From a virus (lineage: Duplodnaviria; Caudoviricetes): a DNA stretch of 44,424 nucleotides. The position numbers and the translations under genes are program-made. The notes below the pieces were generated by a model, which ran no database searches, was not told where the DNA came from, and worked only from the letters and a program-made list of their open reading frames with translations. Numbering within the stretch: the stretch's first letter is position 1; the number at the start of each line of letters is the position of its first letter. Location: the IMG/VR virus record IMGVR_UViG_3300020137_000003, positions 1 to 44,424 of that record; one strand, 5' to 3'. This document shows positions 44,135 to 44,424 of the stretch, in pieces.

Positions 44135-44276
44135 TTTCGACTCCAAACTTTGGGCAGGGATATGCTGGCGGTGCCAGCATATCATATGCGAGCCGACGGA
44201 CAAGACCAGGCCCGGCGCCACCCAGATTTGTTTCCATGCACAGTTGATGTTGGGAATCATTCTCAACGAGGGCACG

Positions 44277-44310
44277 AAAAAGTCCCGACCCTTTCGGGCC
44301 GGGACTTTTC
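44277..44310 (-). terminator. intrinsic terminator of gene 39..410
   Basis: minus strand AAAAGTCCCGGCCC-GAAA-GGGTCGGGACTTTTT. Confidence 0.85.
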
Positions 44311-44424
44311 CGAGATCGAGATTTGGATCACCTCACAAGTCGATCGCGTGGCCCCGGACGATTTCCTCCAGCCGAATGATCTCGGCAAGCGACCCTTGCA
44401 TCTCCCGGATGAGGTTGTCCATCG
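44299..44424. repeat. 126-bp terminal direct repeat (right copy)
   Basis: identical to 5-130. Confidence 0.95.

Noticed and set aside
1-44424. Stop-codon recoding, DGR, retron, intron or intein
   Set aside because: Genes tile densely in the standard code with all three stops used; no reverse transcriptase; TerL, PolA and helicases have normal lengths

Overview
This window is most likely a complete, circularly assembled lytic phage genome. Bases 5-130 repeat exactly at 44299-44424, giving about 44.3 kb of unique sequence. WhiB, leaderless SigA-type promoters, a short-variable-arm tRNA-Leu(CAA) and a RipA-type NlpC/P60 domain point to an actinobacterial host. The + arm (637-23554) encodes HTH proteins, a fibre-like protein, an M15 endolysin, TerL, portal, scaffold, capsid, podovirus-like adaptor and nozzle, three probable ejection proteins (one of 1844 aa), NlpC/P60 and membrane/holin genes. 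There is no tape measure, tail tube or integrase. The - arm encodes RuvC-like, MazG-like, PolA, primase-helicase, SSB, Sak4-like ATPase, Cas4-like nuclease, Orn, three tRNAs, HNH, SNF2 and many small early genes. The most interesting signals are regulatory or anti-defence: (1) an rrn-like boxA in a structured leader ahead of a terminator-rich early arm, suggesting capture of host Nus antitermination; (2) three promoter-gene-terminator cassettes sharing an upstream motif, two with a Fur/Zur-like palindrome; (3) tandem GNRA hairpins with the same internal loop before the scaffold gene; (4) a tRNA/Orn/Acb2-Tad1-like island containing candidate structured RNAs; (5) a recurring terminal [FL]-x-F peptide motif; (6) a shared N-terminal GVRL[ST]DGG tag on two ejection proteins. 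All functional calls come from recognising motifs by eye; no searches were run.
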